From positions 88,801,392-88,865,391 of the forward strand of contig NC_058132.1 of the NCBI RefSeq assembly GCF_016433145.1: a stretch of DNA of 64,000 bases. Reading direction: 5' to 3'. This DNA comes from Gracilinanus agilis (lineage: Eukaryota). A program made the position numbers and the translations under genes. Shown in pieces: positions 49,620 through 62,280 of this stretch. The notes beneath the pieces were generated by a model. The model saw only the letters and a program-made list of their open reading frames with translations. It had not been told where the DNA came from and did not search any database. Position 1 is the first letter of the stretch; each line of letters opens with the position of its first letter.

Positions 49620-50340
49620 GAATAGCTTGCCTGTAAAATTTATGAATGAGTTAAGAGTTTATGTACAAACATGACATAGAAAACATTAGATTTATAACAA
49701 GTTACTTTGACTAAATTAAAATTTAAAAGTCTTGCACAAAGAAAAAAAATGCAATCAAGATTAGAAATGGAACAACAAACTGGTAAAAAATTATAATGAA
49801 TATTTCTGACAAAGGCCTCATGTTTCAAATACATAGAGAACTTAGTCAAATTTATAATACAAATCATTCCACAAATGACAAATAGTTAAAGGTTATAAAC
49901 AGGCAATTCTCAGATGAAGATATTAAAACTATCTATATTATAATATAAAAAAGTTCCAAATCACTATTAATTAGAGGAATGCAGATTAAAATAAATCTAA
50001 AGTACCACCTCACATCTATCATACTGATGAATATGACAAAAAAGTAAAATTTTAAATGTTAAACGGGATCTGGAAAAATTGAGACAATAATGTAATGTGG
50101 ATCTGTGAACTGACCCAATCATTCTGGAGAGCAATTTGAAACAGTCCTCAAAGGGATATTTACTTTGAACCAGCAATCCCACTACTAGGTTAATATGCCA
50201 AAGAGATTAAAGATAGGGGAAAAAAAGATCTCTTTCTACAAAAAATATTTATTGTAGCTCTCTTTGTAGTGGCAAAAAAACTGGAAACTAAAGACATGTC
50301 TGCCAGTTGTGGAATGGCTTATCAAGTAGCATATTTTTTA
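49620..50340 (+). mobile_element. Old L1 ORF2 C-terminal fragment
   Basis: tctgacaaaggcctcatgtttcaaatacatagagaac; taccacctcacatctatcatactg. Confidence 0.85.
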
Positions 50341-50769
50341 ATATCAACATATTTTATCTAAATACATAAATATACACAATTTCTTTTTAGAAGTTAAAAT
50401 AAATAAAAAGTTAAAGTTTGTGAAAGAATGAAAAAGCTAGCAGATGATGCAAAGGTCAGAAATGTTAACATTGAACTACATATAGCCTATAACCCCAAAC
50501 CTAACCCAAATTTTATAATAAGGTACTGTTAACACCCCATCAAAAAGGAGGGGAAATCAAATCTTCTCTGGTACCAAAGGAAGGGCAAAAAATTTTACTC
50601 AGATTTTCCAGATCACAGGGCTGCCATGTTCCTGATCTCTGCAATATGGAAGGGATATCTGTAAGGAGAATATTGGACTTGGGAATCAAGAAGACAAGAT
50701 TTCATATCATACTCCAAATAACTTATTGGCTGTGTTTCCATGGACAAGTCATTTGGCCTCTTTGAGTTT

Positions 50770-51270
50770 CATTTTATTTAGTGTTTCTTTTTTTCTCAGA
50801 ATACATTTTTCAATAATCATTTTTTCACATTTGCAATCCCTGCCCTTTCCCCAAGAAAACAGGTAATATGACATGGGTGGCATTTGTTTTCATATAATAT
50901 ATATTTCCTTGCTCATCATGTTGTAAAAGAAGATAAATATTGTTTACACTAGAGAAAATACATGGAGAAAATAAAATAAAGAATGGTATGCTTCCATCTA
51001 CATTCAGACTACATCAGTTCCTTCAATAGCAGTCAATGTCAATGAGTCAACTGGAGTTGTCATGGATCCTTGTATTGCTGATAATAGTTGAGTTATTCAC
51101 AGCTAATCATTGCAGTTTATTGCTATTACTGTGTACAACATTCTCTTGGTTCTGATCTCTTCATTTTGTACCATTTCATACAGGTTTTTCTAGGATTTTT
51201 TGTCATCATTGTATTGTAATTTCTTAAGGCACAAGTATTTTGATACAATTATGTTCCATACTTGCTAAGA
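50770..51270 (-). mobile_element. Old L1 3'UTR
   Basis: ttattactgtgtacaacattctcttggttctg motif. Confidence 0.75.
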
Positions 51271-51554
51271 ACTAAGGTGATCATGAAAGTAACCAAGAAG
51301 ATAAAAGATAATGGTGAAAATTGGCAAAAAGAGGCAAGACTGGGTGAAGTAGATATTATTTTTGTTGTCTTTTCCACTTTCTGATTACCCAAAGACCATG
51401 CTGTCTAGATATGCCATTTTTGTTTTTGTTTTTATATTTTGTCCTCAGTCTAATTACAATGCTCTTTAATAGTTCTTATTTAGTGATAAATTCTGTGGCT
51501 TACAGGGATCATTCTATATACCGTCCAAGGTCCCTCTTATTTAAATCCTTGCTT

Positions 51555-51944
51555 TTAGAATTGGAGGAATTCCATGTGAACTGGAATGACCTCCAGGAAT
51601 TGATGCAGAGTGAAAGGAGCAGAACCAGGAGAACATTATACACAGAGATGGATACACTGTGGTAAAATTGAATGTAATGGACTTCTCTACTAGCAGCAAT
51701 ACAAGATTCCAGAGCAAAGCTGAAAGACTTATGAACACAGAAGAAAAACAACTGCTTGAACACAAGGGCTAATGGGGATATTAATGGAGATGTGGACACT
51801 AAATGATAACTCTAGTCCAACTATCAATAATATGGAATTAGGTCTTGATCAACAATACATGTAAAACCCAGTGGAATTGTGTGTTGGCTAAGGGTTTGGG
51901 GGAGAGGGAAAGAACATGAAATATGTAACTAGGGGAAAATGTTC
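51555..51944 (+). mobile_element. 5'-truncated L1 3' end running into the assembly gap
   Basis: Homologous to 14560-15010 and 3080-3520. Confidence 0.88.
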
Positions 51945-52095
51945 NNNNNNNNNNNNNNNNNNNNNNNNNNNNNNNNNNNNNNNNNNNNNNNNNNNNNNNN
52001 NNNNNNNNNNNNNNNNNNNNNNNNNNNNNNNNNNNNNNNNNNNNNNNNNNNNNNNNNNNNNNNNNNNNNNNNNNNNNNNNNNNNNNNNNNNNNNN
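51945..52095. other. Assembly gap (151 N)
   Basis: Run of N. Confidence 1.
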
Positions 52096-53053
52096 ATTTA
52101 AAAATAAAGGGGATGAGTTGCCCAAGGTTACTCTGTAAGTTAATAGGATAACTGGCAATAGAATCAGTTGGTCCGTTGACACAAATTCATCAAGTACCTA
52201 TCAAACACCTGACACTTTGATTTGTTTTGGGAATACAAAGAAAAAAGACTTTCAAGAAACTTCTTTCCTATTGGAGAGATACAATATGTACATAGGTGAG
52301 TAAATGGAAAATGTATACATGTAACAAGGGCATGTAACAGAGGCCTGGCCAATGAGGGCTCAATCCTGGAAGCACGCCTTCTCGATGGATTTGGGAGTTC
52401 TTGATAATGTGGAATTGAACAGTTCTTTATTTCACAGACTACTTCCCATTTCATAGAAGATACAGGAATTGTTAACTCAAACAGTGAAGTAGTACTGGCT
52501 TAACCTGATTTTCCCTCCTGTCTTGTTACATTTCCAAGAGAAAAGGAGGAATTCTGTTAGCCTCTTATTGCGGAGGTTGAGAGCTAGTGTCAGCAATCTA
52601 TTCTTCCTACCTGGATAAACTCGGAGCCATGATCATTTAACCCTGATATGGAACACATTCTGTACTATTGAAGCTATGCTTTCCTGCATTGAGTAAAGGA
52701 ATGATAGAGATATACTAGGCTATGACTTTATGAGCTTTTAAAGGTTGGAAGATGAAGTTACCAGAATTTCAGTTGATGCCAGATTTTTAAAACAGCTGAG
52801 ACCAATGAAGATCTAAGTCTCTAGTAACCTGCTTGCCCCAGTACTTCAAAGGCAGCCAACAGAGAGCCATTTATCCATTATTTATGACTAGTCCAGAAGA
52901 CAACTTGGTTAGAGTAAGTATTTTAGAGCTTCTACTTTAGGTTTGAACACAATCCCCTTAAAGATCAAGGTAACATAGAGGAAAGCAAACCCAAATACTG
53001 TTGGGGAAAATACTTCTTGTTTTATTATGTTGGTAAACAACCCTTTGAAAAGC

Positions 53054-53100
53054 TAATTGATGTTAATTGGTTAAATGCTGCTACTAATTACTGGCAATTG
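53054..53100. promoter_or_regulatory. Cluster of homeodomain-type sites (candidate OR enhancer)
   Basis: TAATTG 53054, TAATTG 53064, TAATTA 53085, CAATTG 53095, in apparently unique sequence. Confidence 0.3.
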
Positions 53101-53599
53101 ATATTGGGATAAATACATTAGGATAGGAGCTCAATCTATATAGACTTATAAAGATAACTTTAACACATTAAAGGAATACTTAGAAACTTGAAGAGAACAT
53201 GTAGCTTTGCTCTTGAAACCCAACTTGCCAGTAAGAGTGGGCCTTAGGATAATGAACCCTTTTCTCCAAATCAATACAGGTTACTTAGAATTTTTTAAGT
53301 AAACTTTTTTGGAAGGTCAGATTAACAACTAAGGAAATGTGGAAAATCTCTTTGAGTGAGAGTCCTTGAGCTAAGCCTTGAAAAGAGCTATAGATTCAGG
53401 AGATAGATATGAAGAAAGAAAATACTCTAAGTCAGCGAGGTGGAGAAATTAGTAACAATTTGTTTAAAGGAATAGAGATGGAAGAATGGCAATATTCAAA
53501 GTGGAACTTTGTAAAGAAGGTAAAAATTCAGACATATGAAGAGGGCAGAAGAAAACTACATTCAACCTTTTGTATCTAACATTCTTCCCCTTTTCTCCT

Positions 53600-54390
53600 C
53601 TGTCAGGCTTTGTGTTGAATGCATCTGATTTATCAATGATGTTCATAAAGGCATAGAATATGTTAATAGGAAATAGTCAAGTTCGTTAAAAATGGAAGGA
53701 ATATTCCAAAGGAGGGGAGATTGAAATTGACCTAGAAAGGCTAGATTAATGGGTAAAATTAAATAAGATCACATTAAGTGAGGGAAAATATAGGTTTTAT
53801 TCTTAGGTTAAAGAGTCAACTCTATGGAGGCAGTTGAGTGGCTCAGTGAATTGAGAATCAGGCCTAGAGATGGGAGGTCCTAGGTTCAAAGCAGGTCTCA
53901 GACACTTCCTAGCTGTGTGACCCTGGGCAAATCACTCAACCCCCATTGCCTAGCCCTTACCACTCTTCTGCCTTGGAGTCAATACATAGTATTGACTCCA
54001 AGACAGAAGGTAAGGGTTTTAATTTTTAAAAAAAAGTCAGTTCTACAAGTAGAGAATTGGGGAAGTATATAGGGAGATAGCAATTCATTTGGAAAAGAAA
54101 AATCTTGTTTAGAGAAGAGCTCTGAAATGTAATAGGCGGGAATTATATTTACTGCCTACTGAAGTCGCTTAGATGGCATTAAAAGTGACAAGGAGAACAA
54201 AACAAGGAAGGTAATTCTGTAGGGCCTTTGTATTTTACATTGTCTAGGGTACAGCTAGAGTATTATCTTCCTACTATAACTTAAGAATGAAGTACACATT
54301 GGAGTAAACCAAAAAAATCCTAACAGGAAAACGAGTAGACTATAGATTTAGTATTGGAGAATTAATAAAAGGAAACAGGTTGTTGAATAT
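53600..54390 (+). mobile_element. L3/CR1 fragment (duplicate of 33690-34500), interrupted by a SINE
   Basis: Shared derived strings gagatagcaattcatttg, agggcct.tgtattt, aagtacac.ttggagtaaa. Confidence 0.75.
53826..54033 (+). mobile_element. SINE1_Mdo-like SINE (long-tail subfamily)
   Basis: GGAGGCAGTTGAGTGGCTCAGTG head; gtattgactccaagacagaaggtaagggttt tail; degenerate TSD aaagagtcaacttcta / aaaaagtcagttcta. Confidence 0.9.
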
Positions 54391-54404
54391 AAATGTACTT
54401 CTTA

Positions 54405-56100
54405 AAAAAATTTCCAGGGCCAGGTGGATTCACATATGAATTCCATTAAACTTTTAAAGAACTATTAATACCAATAGTGTATAAGCTATTTGGGAAAATT
54501 GACAGAGGAGTCCCACCAAATTCCTTTTATGACTCAATGCGGTGCTGATACCTAAACCAGGAATAGCAAAAACAAAGAAGGAAAATTTTAAACCAATTTC
54601 TGTAATAAATATGGATGCAAAAAATAGTATTTAGTAACATCTAGTAATGTTTTTACATCAATATATTACAAAGATCATACACTATGACCTGGTGGAATTA
54701 TACCAGGAATTCAGGACTGGTATAATATTATTAAAATTATCAGCATAATTGAACATATTAGTAACAAAACAAACAACTCATATGATTATCTCAAAAGATG
54801 CAGAAAAAGGCATTTAACAAAATTCAATACTAATTGCTATTAAAAACATTGGAGAGACTAAAATAAATGGAGTTTTTCCTAAAATATTAAGTAGTATTTA
54901 TATAAATCATCATCAAGCATTATCTGTAATGGTGATAAAGCAGAAGCCTTCCCAGTAAGATCAGAGATGAAGCAAGGATATCCCTTATGATCAGAATTAT
55001 TCAGTATTATAGTGGAAATGCTAGCAATAACAAATAGAGAAGAAAAAGAAGTTGAATTAATTAGATAGGTAATGAGGAAACTAGACCATCACTCTTTGCA
55101 AATGCTATGTAGATGATATGGTAGACTTAGAAAACCTAAAAAAAATCAACTGAAAAAATTAGTTGAAACAATTTTCAACTTTGCCAAAGATACAGGATAT
55201 AAAATAAACCCACATAAACCATTAGCCTTTTTTTTATATTGTCAACAAAGTCCAGCAGCAAGAAATAGAAATAGAAATTCCATTCAAAATTACTGTACAT
55301 AATATAAAAGACTTTGGAGTCTACCTTCCAAGACAAACTATATAGACACAGTTACGAAACACTTTTCACACAAATTAACTTGGATCTAGACCATTAGAAA
55401 ATATTAATTACTTGTGACTAGGCCAATCTAATATAATAAAAAATAACAATTCTACTTAAATTAATTTGCTTATTCAATGTCATAACTAATCGAACTACCA
55501 AACATTTGTTTATAGAGCTAAAATAATCCTTATGGAAGCAGAAAAGTCCAAGTATATAGAGGAAACAATGGAAAAAATATGTGTAGGAAGGTAGCATACC
55601 TGAACAACTCCAACTATATTATAAAGTTGCAATCATCAAAACAATTTGGTACTGGCAAAGAAATATAATGGTAGATCAGTGGACTAGTTTGAGTAAAATG
55701 CATACCAGTAAGGGATCAGATTAATTTATTGTTTGATCAAAAGAGTCAAGCATTGGAGGCCAGAACTCTTATTTGGCAAAAACTACTGAGAAAATTGGAA
55801 AATGATAAGGCAAGAGCTAGTTATAGACCAATATTTCACAACTTATTCAAGATAAGATCAGAATGTGTATTTACTTTAGACATTAAGGGTGATACTATAA
55901 GCAAAATAGGGGAGCATGTAATAATTTTTGGTCAGATCTATGGATAAGGGAAGAATTTAGGAATAAAAATGTAGAAAATTATATAATGTAAAATGGATAA
56001 TTTTGTTTATATTAAATTAAAGAAGATTTTACACAAAAACCTCAATACGACCAAAATTAGAAGGAAAGAATAAAGTTGAAAAAATTTTCCAGTAATTATC
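54405..56100 (+). mobile_element. Decayed L1 ORF2 RT-domain fragment
   Basis: PGPGGF(T) start; RPISLMN-like, HMIISxDAEKA, QGCPLSP-like, LFADDM-like segments; many stops. Confidence 0.9.
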
Positions 56101-56390
56101 TCCCATAAAAGCTTCATTTCTAAAATATATTGAGAACTGTGGTACAAAAGGGGGCAAATCAACCCTGCAAAAGCCTTACTGTAGAATTTCTGACAGTTGA
56201 AAAGGGTTTAGAACCCTGACTAGAGGGAGTTGATCCTGGAGTCTTGGTCAGAGCAGGAGGGTCAACTGAGCTCGGTCTTTGGGCTGAAAACCTGGCCTTG
56301 ATTCTGCAGCTTTTCTCTTAAGATTTGTAGCTTAGCTAATTCCTCTGTATCTCCCTGACCTTCCCTATCCCAATCATCATCTCCCTTCCT

Positions 56391-56651
56391 CCATCCACAC
56401 TCAAAATGCATTGCTAAAAATGGAGAAGCAATTTTTCTTTGGAGAGCCTTATGAATGATTCCACTTTGGGTTTGCCTAGCATATTTCCATTTCTGTCATT
56501 CTCATGTACTCTCTCACTCCCACTATCTACATCAGGGCATGATTTACTTGGCTTGTGCTGATACCAAGTTTAATATTGACTATGGGTTGATTTTAATCAC
56601 TGAACTATGGAGAACTGACTGCTTGAGCATCCTGGAGTCCCATATCTTTAT
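56391..56651 (+). pseudogene. OR51 pseudogene fragment (ICL2-TM5), relic paralog of OR51 gene 1
   Basis: Aligns to 39835-40096: MIPL..LAYF.FCHSHVLSHS..LHQ.MI.LACADTKFN..YGLILIT.LW; conserved ECL2 Cys lost; truncated at both ends. Confidence 0.92.
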
Positions 56652-58102
56652 AATCAGAATCCAGATAAGGCGGTATGTACATGGTATATGTCAGAGTAGG
56701 AATTTCAGGCCAGATGATGAAGGTGATTCACTGATCATTCAGTCAATAAGTACTATCTAGTTTGGCTTGGCCTTCTAAGCACCAGCTCTTTGTGCATGTC
56801 CTCCTGATCACTGCTGGAGATAGATGGAAAATCGTCTCTTCCAACAGGATAAAAATGTCTCTTTTCCAACATTAGTACAATAAGCCAACTAATGCTGCCT
56901 CCATGGAGGGATATTTCACAAACTGAGGGGAATCATATTGTAACGGCTCAACTTTTGGGGTAGAGTAAGATAGCTCACCTCCTGTGATAACTTAGAACTA
57001 ATGAGGACCAAGGGTTTTGTCTTATAGGGAAGGGAAGGGCATCTGAAATAGCTGATTAGTTTCCTGCTTTTAATAAAACAAGGAAACAGAAGTGCAGACA
57101 AGCTATGAAGTTAGAAGATTACAGTTGGTGAACATTTCTGATATGGGGAGTTACAAAGAAGTGATACAAAGTCTGAGAAGAGGATACAGAGTTGGATTAT
57201 CACAAAAAGACTACTCACCTACCAAAAATGTACTTTTTCCCAAGACTGTGACACCCCTCTTGCAAATGCTACATACAACTAATCACTTTTATATAGTATT
57301 TAAAGGCATATGCAACATTTTCTGATAAGAATCTTGTATCTAAAACAGTCATATGTTCATCTAAATCCAGAAACCACCAAGACTTCTTATGAAGATAAAA
57401 TTAACTAGTCTTTTTGATTTCAGCCCAGAATAATTTAGATCTGTTACTGACTTCGTGTCCTATCCAAACTGATCTATTTACTATTTTCTATATAATACAT
57501 TCCATGTCCTGTGGACATGCTTTTGGAAAGGCTATATGTTTTCTATGCCTGGACAAATCTTTCCCTTTACCTCAATCTCTTGAAATTACTAGCTTTATTT
57601 GAAATTTACCTGCTACAAGAGCCTTTTCTTGGTTTTCATGTTTGTGCTCCATTGTCATTTAGTTTGTAGTTATTTTCATATTAAATAAAATGTATATATT
57701 TTGTTTCCACCAAGTCAGTGGAACTTTAACTCCTTACCTGTTTTCTCTAATTTAATAATTTTTCTGTCTTTTCCTTTTTCCAAGTGTTCCAGTTGAAGTC
57801 TAGTCAAATGCAATAAGTTCTCCCTAATTAGCTTTGTTGTCATTATTTTTCTTTGAACTTTTATAATTTTGTTGCTTATACTGTGCAATTAATTATAATG
57901 TATTGCTATTATTTTTGTGTGTGTGCGACTCCTCTTCAGAGTAGTCTGTATAATCTTGGACAATATGTTTCATGTCTTGTATTTCCCTACAACCCTCATC
58001 TTTTACACTCTACCTAACATAAGACGGGACACATATATAACAAATACATATTTGATGACAGGCACTATAATTTAAGGGAAAGAGCACTTTGAAATCATAA
58101 CT

Positions 58103-58559
58103 AGATTTATTTTTTATTTTTAAAAATATTTTTCTATGTTTATATGATTCATTTTTTCTCCCTCTCCTCTTTATTCCCCCTCCTAGAGCTGACAAGCAAT
58201 TCCACTGGGTTATGCAAATGCTATGACTTGATATCTATTTCTGTATAATTCATTTTTGCAATAGAACAATCTTTTAAAAACAAAACCAGATCATATACCC
58301 ATATTAACAAGTGATAAGTCATGTGTGTTTCTTCTGTTCTTTCTCTCAATGTGGATAGCATTCTTTCTCATAGGTCCCTTGGGATTGTCCTGGATTGCTA
58401 CTAATAGCATTGCTACTAGTAGCAAAATCCATTCGATCATTCTGTAATGTTTCACTTTTTGTGTACAATGGTCTCTTGGTTCTATTCATTTCACTCTCCA
58501 TCAGTTCATGGAGGTTCATAACACAATAGTGTTCAATCACCACCATATACCACAGTGTG
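58103..58559 (-). mobile_element. L1 3' end, present only in the second duplicate
   Basis: Reverse L1 3'UTR; TSD tcataact / tcagaact. Confidence 0.85.
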
Positions 58560-58699
58560 TCAGAACTTGATTTAAATTCCAGCTGTCTTACTATCTAAAC
58601 ACTCTGACTCTTAGTTTCCTTATCTAAAATAGAATGGACTTACACTAGGTGATTTCTAAAACATCTTCCAACTTTAATTCCTAAATAATCTAATGCCCA

Positions 58700-59107
58700 T
58701 CTAAGTGAGGTGTTCTACCTCAAGGTGTCTCCTTATTATGTGCCTGGAATATTTAATTTATTTCAAAGTGATCTCCATGCCAGGGATGGAAAATGGAGAA
58801 TTAAGTACCCTGTTAGTTCGCTAGAAGTTTCATAGAAAAGACAGGCATGAACATTGTGAAATCCTAAGGGAGTCCCTGTGGATCTTATTTTTGTTAAAAC
58901 AAAATTTCTTTCCGCAAGGGACACAATGAGTTCCATAAATGGAAAGTATGCCTGGGGTATGGATGATTACATTCTTTCCTTCCTTGGGAGTCTAGCATCA
59001 GATATACCCCTGGAGAGTCAAGAAACTTTATATAACATTCTGCCAAGTGAAGGACTAAGAAGGCATTTTGAGTAGCCTGAGAGCAACTATCCTGCAACTG
59101 AGTGAGT
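58700..59107 (+). promoter_or_regulatory. Candidate promoter/first exon of OR51 gene 3
   Basis: Paralog of 43050-43477; O/E-like CCCCTGGAGA 59007-59016; donor GTGAGT 59102-59107. Confidence 0.55.
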
Positions 59108-59384
59108 TGATGTAGGGAAAACAGAACCTTAGATGGGGGGAAGAAAGGACTCAGTAAAAGAAAAAAAAAAGGAAAAAAATTAAGAGTGAAACTGGTAATG
59201 TAGGGGGAGGAAAGTAGGGGCTTGTGCTTTTTTAATAGCTATAGAAATGCTGTAGATGATGGGATAGGTGGAATGCTTATCAAAATTTCAAATGACACAA
59301 GGGTGGAGGAGACCTCACAGTTAAGGTGATGTAAACAGCATATACAATTATCTTGGTAATTAAACAAGCAGGTCAAATGATTAT

Positions 59385-59577
59385 TTTTAAACCTTAACTT
59401 CTATCTTAGAATTAATATAAAGTGTCAGTTCCAAGGCAGAAAAGTGATAGAGGATAATAAATCAGGGTAGTGACTTGATCAGTCACACAACTAGGAAATG
59501 CCAGAGGCCAGCTTAAAAAGTAGGACTTCCTATCTCTAGGTCTTGTTTTTAATCCACTGAGTCATCTAGTTGCCCCC
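59385..59577 (-). mobile_element. Diverged SINE1_Mdo-like SINE, present only in the second duplicate
   Basis: Ends ccactgagtcatctagttgcccc; absent at the paralogous site near 43740. Confidence 0.85.
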
Positions 59578-62280
59578 TCCAAATTAAATTTTTAACGAAT
59601 TTATGTGATTCATTTGGATCCACAAAAAAATTTCATGAAAACAGAACAGATGATGTATGGATCCACAGTGAGTATTATGAAAAAAATCTGTGGGTTTTAG
59701 TGAATTCCCTGGTCAGTATATGTTAATGGTGTTATAAGGCAGGCAAAAAGCCATGCAACACCAAAGGATGAAATGTTAATACTAAGGGAAAGGAAGAAGG
59801 GCTAGATTATATACATGGTCATTTTCAAATGAAAACCTTTATTTTATCCTTTTATTCTCTTACTGTACACTGCTTTGCCCTGACCATATCTGGAATGCTC
59901 TGTGCAGCTCTGAATTAATGTGAAGAAACTGACAACCTGTAAGTGAGAAAACAGAGGAATAAAACAAATGCAGTGATGAACCTGACAGCATTGACTAGGA
60001 ATATAGGCTGAAGAACAAAAAAATATTTGCTCCATAGAAATAAGAAACTAAGAAGGAATCTGATAGCTCTTTGCATTTATTTAAAGGATTGCCATTATGA
60101 TAAGGGATTAGAGTTATTTGCATACCTCCAGGAGCAAAATTAAGGATAATGTGTATAAATTGTAGCAAAGCTTATTTGGAGTGATATAAGGAAAAGCATG
60201 ATAATAATAAGAAATATTCAAAAAAGAATGTCTATTTTCAGAGGAAGTAATTTGTCCATTCCTGCAACTCTTCATTTATAAAACTCATTTATAAAACAAG
60301 AAATTTGAGATTTGTGGGGGAAATTATTCATGAAAATCATAACAATTGTGGCCTCTGGTACCTCTTCCCAATTGAGCCTCATATTAAAGTGAAAATAAAC
60401 AAATAGAAGAAATTGAGTATTAACTATGGGTAGGAAAGGGAGTGGAAGACAGAAGGCTAGATGGAAGTGTTGGGTCTAAGGAGAAAAGTTAATCCCATGT
60501 AAGGAGGTAAGAAGAACAAGTAATAAGCAAAATACAAATTATTCCTTGATGAAGAGGTTGGGATGTGGAGAATTCTAGGCATAAAAGAAGTAGTTTCTAG
60601 TGTTCTGTAAGGTTCTCTGTCCCTTCTTTCCATATGATACTCCACATCACCTCATAATCTTCCTATCTAGATCAGTGATAAAGAAAATTTAGCTTCAGTA
60701 GCTCCAACCTGGACCTGATTCCAAAAAAGGATCACAGTTTACATGAAAGACACTAAGTCAGGGTTCAGAATCAGGTATAAAGAGACTGGCAGTAGATTCA
60801 AAAATATGAAATGGATCAATGATAATATTCAGTGATATCCAGCGGTGTGGGAAAATTTCCTTACTTGTAGCTTTCATACCTTTTAGAATTAGAAAGGCCT
60901 TTTTTTCTTTCTAAAAGAATTTCTCCATTTTATTGACAAGGAGATTATGATCCTGACAAATTAAGGAACTTGCCTGAGATCACACAGGTTGTTAGTAATA
61001 GAATTTGGAACTAAAATCTAGATCTCCTAATTCCAAATAGAGTTGTCATTTTACTATTACTAATCATTATACTCTCCTTCCCAGTCTCAACATATAATGA
61101 AAACTTTATAGATCGTGTCAGAGAATGAAAATCCATTGCTTAAAATTGAGGACAGAACTAAACAAAAAGCTTCCTTTCATCCATTTGTACCTTGGCTTGG
61201 AGAAACATCAATCAGTCCACAAAGAAAAGAAATCAGTAAGGAACAATTAAAATTCTGAATGAGCCTTTCTTCCTTCCTTACCCTCACTGTAATTATAGTA
61301 CACAGAATATTTAGGAAACATATCATAATTATGGGTTTACATCAGGATAATCATAGTCCTTGGGAAGAATTTGTTCTGTTCCAAAGTTGAGGACAGAGGC
61401 AGATAGCAGAGCCTAAACTAGGACAGATTCAAGATGTCATTGGGAAGTGCTTGCATCAAAATTGGAGAAAATGAAGGCAAAACCTACCAGTTAGACAGAA
61501 CTACCCATTCATGCTGAAACAGAGATTTATTCTAGAATTTCATAACTCATGCCACAAAAGTGTAGATTTCATGTCTTTGCCATCACAGGTCAAAAACATC
61601 ATTTTTGCTAAAAACAAAGTCAGGCAACAATAATATAAACTGGAGAAAAATAAATAGGCCATTAGAATTTGTTTTGCAATTATGGAGCAGAAAGAAACAT
61701 TTCTGTTTAATTTGTTATTTAATATGACCCCTTTGTATGAAATCCATTTCTCTTCTACTTGTTCATCTTTTCTTCATATCGCTACTGAATCCATGTTCCA
61801 TCTTTCTCTTCTTTGGGGAGATTAGTATCTGTTATCTAGGAGTTCCCCTCCCTTCATATGTTAGGATATTCCACTTTCAGACTAGCCATTTTGCTTATTG
61901 AAAGGGACAACTACAAAGAAAAATGTTAGCCTAGAATATAAAATTTAAAAAAATATAGGAGACAACCGAGATGATATGGATAATGAGGGCAAAATCTGAG
62001 GCAGATCCTAATTTTCTACTGCACAATTTGTGTAATATCAATAACAGAATGATAGGTTTAAAAATTAAAGACTTTGAACCCCAGAACTGTTTTATGATTA
62101 TTAGTCAAAACACAGGAGGGAAGGTAAGTAGAATAGTTGTACAATGGAAAAATAAGAGGATGGATAAAGGTATGATATTATGGTATGAAACAGTGTCCAA
62201 AGATAAAGTCCTAACTCTAAATTCTAAAATATTTTTCATTTTTTTAAGGGGATGGGATTTAACTTTGTGGGTTATTTTCC

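Noticed and set aside
51838-52182. ORFs spanning 51.9-52.1 kb
   Set aside because: Artifacts of the N gap
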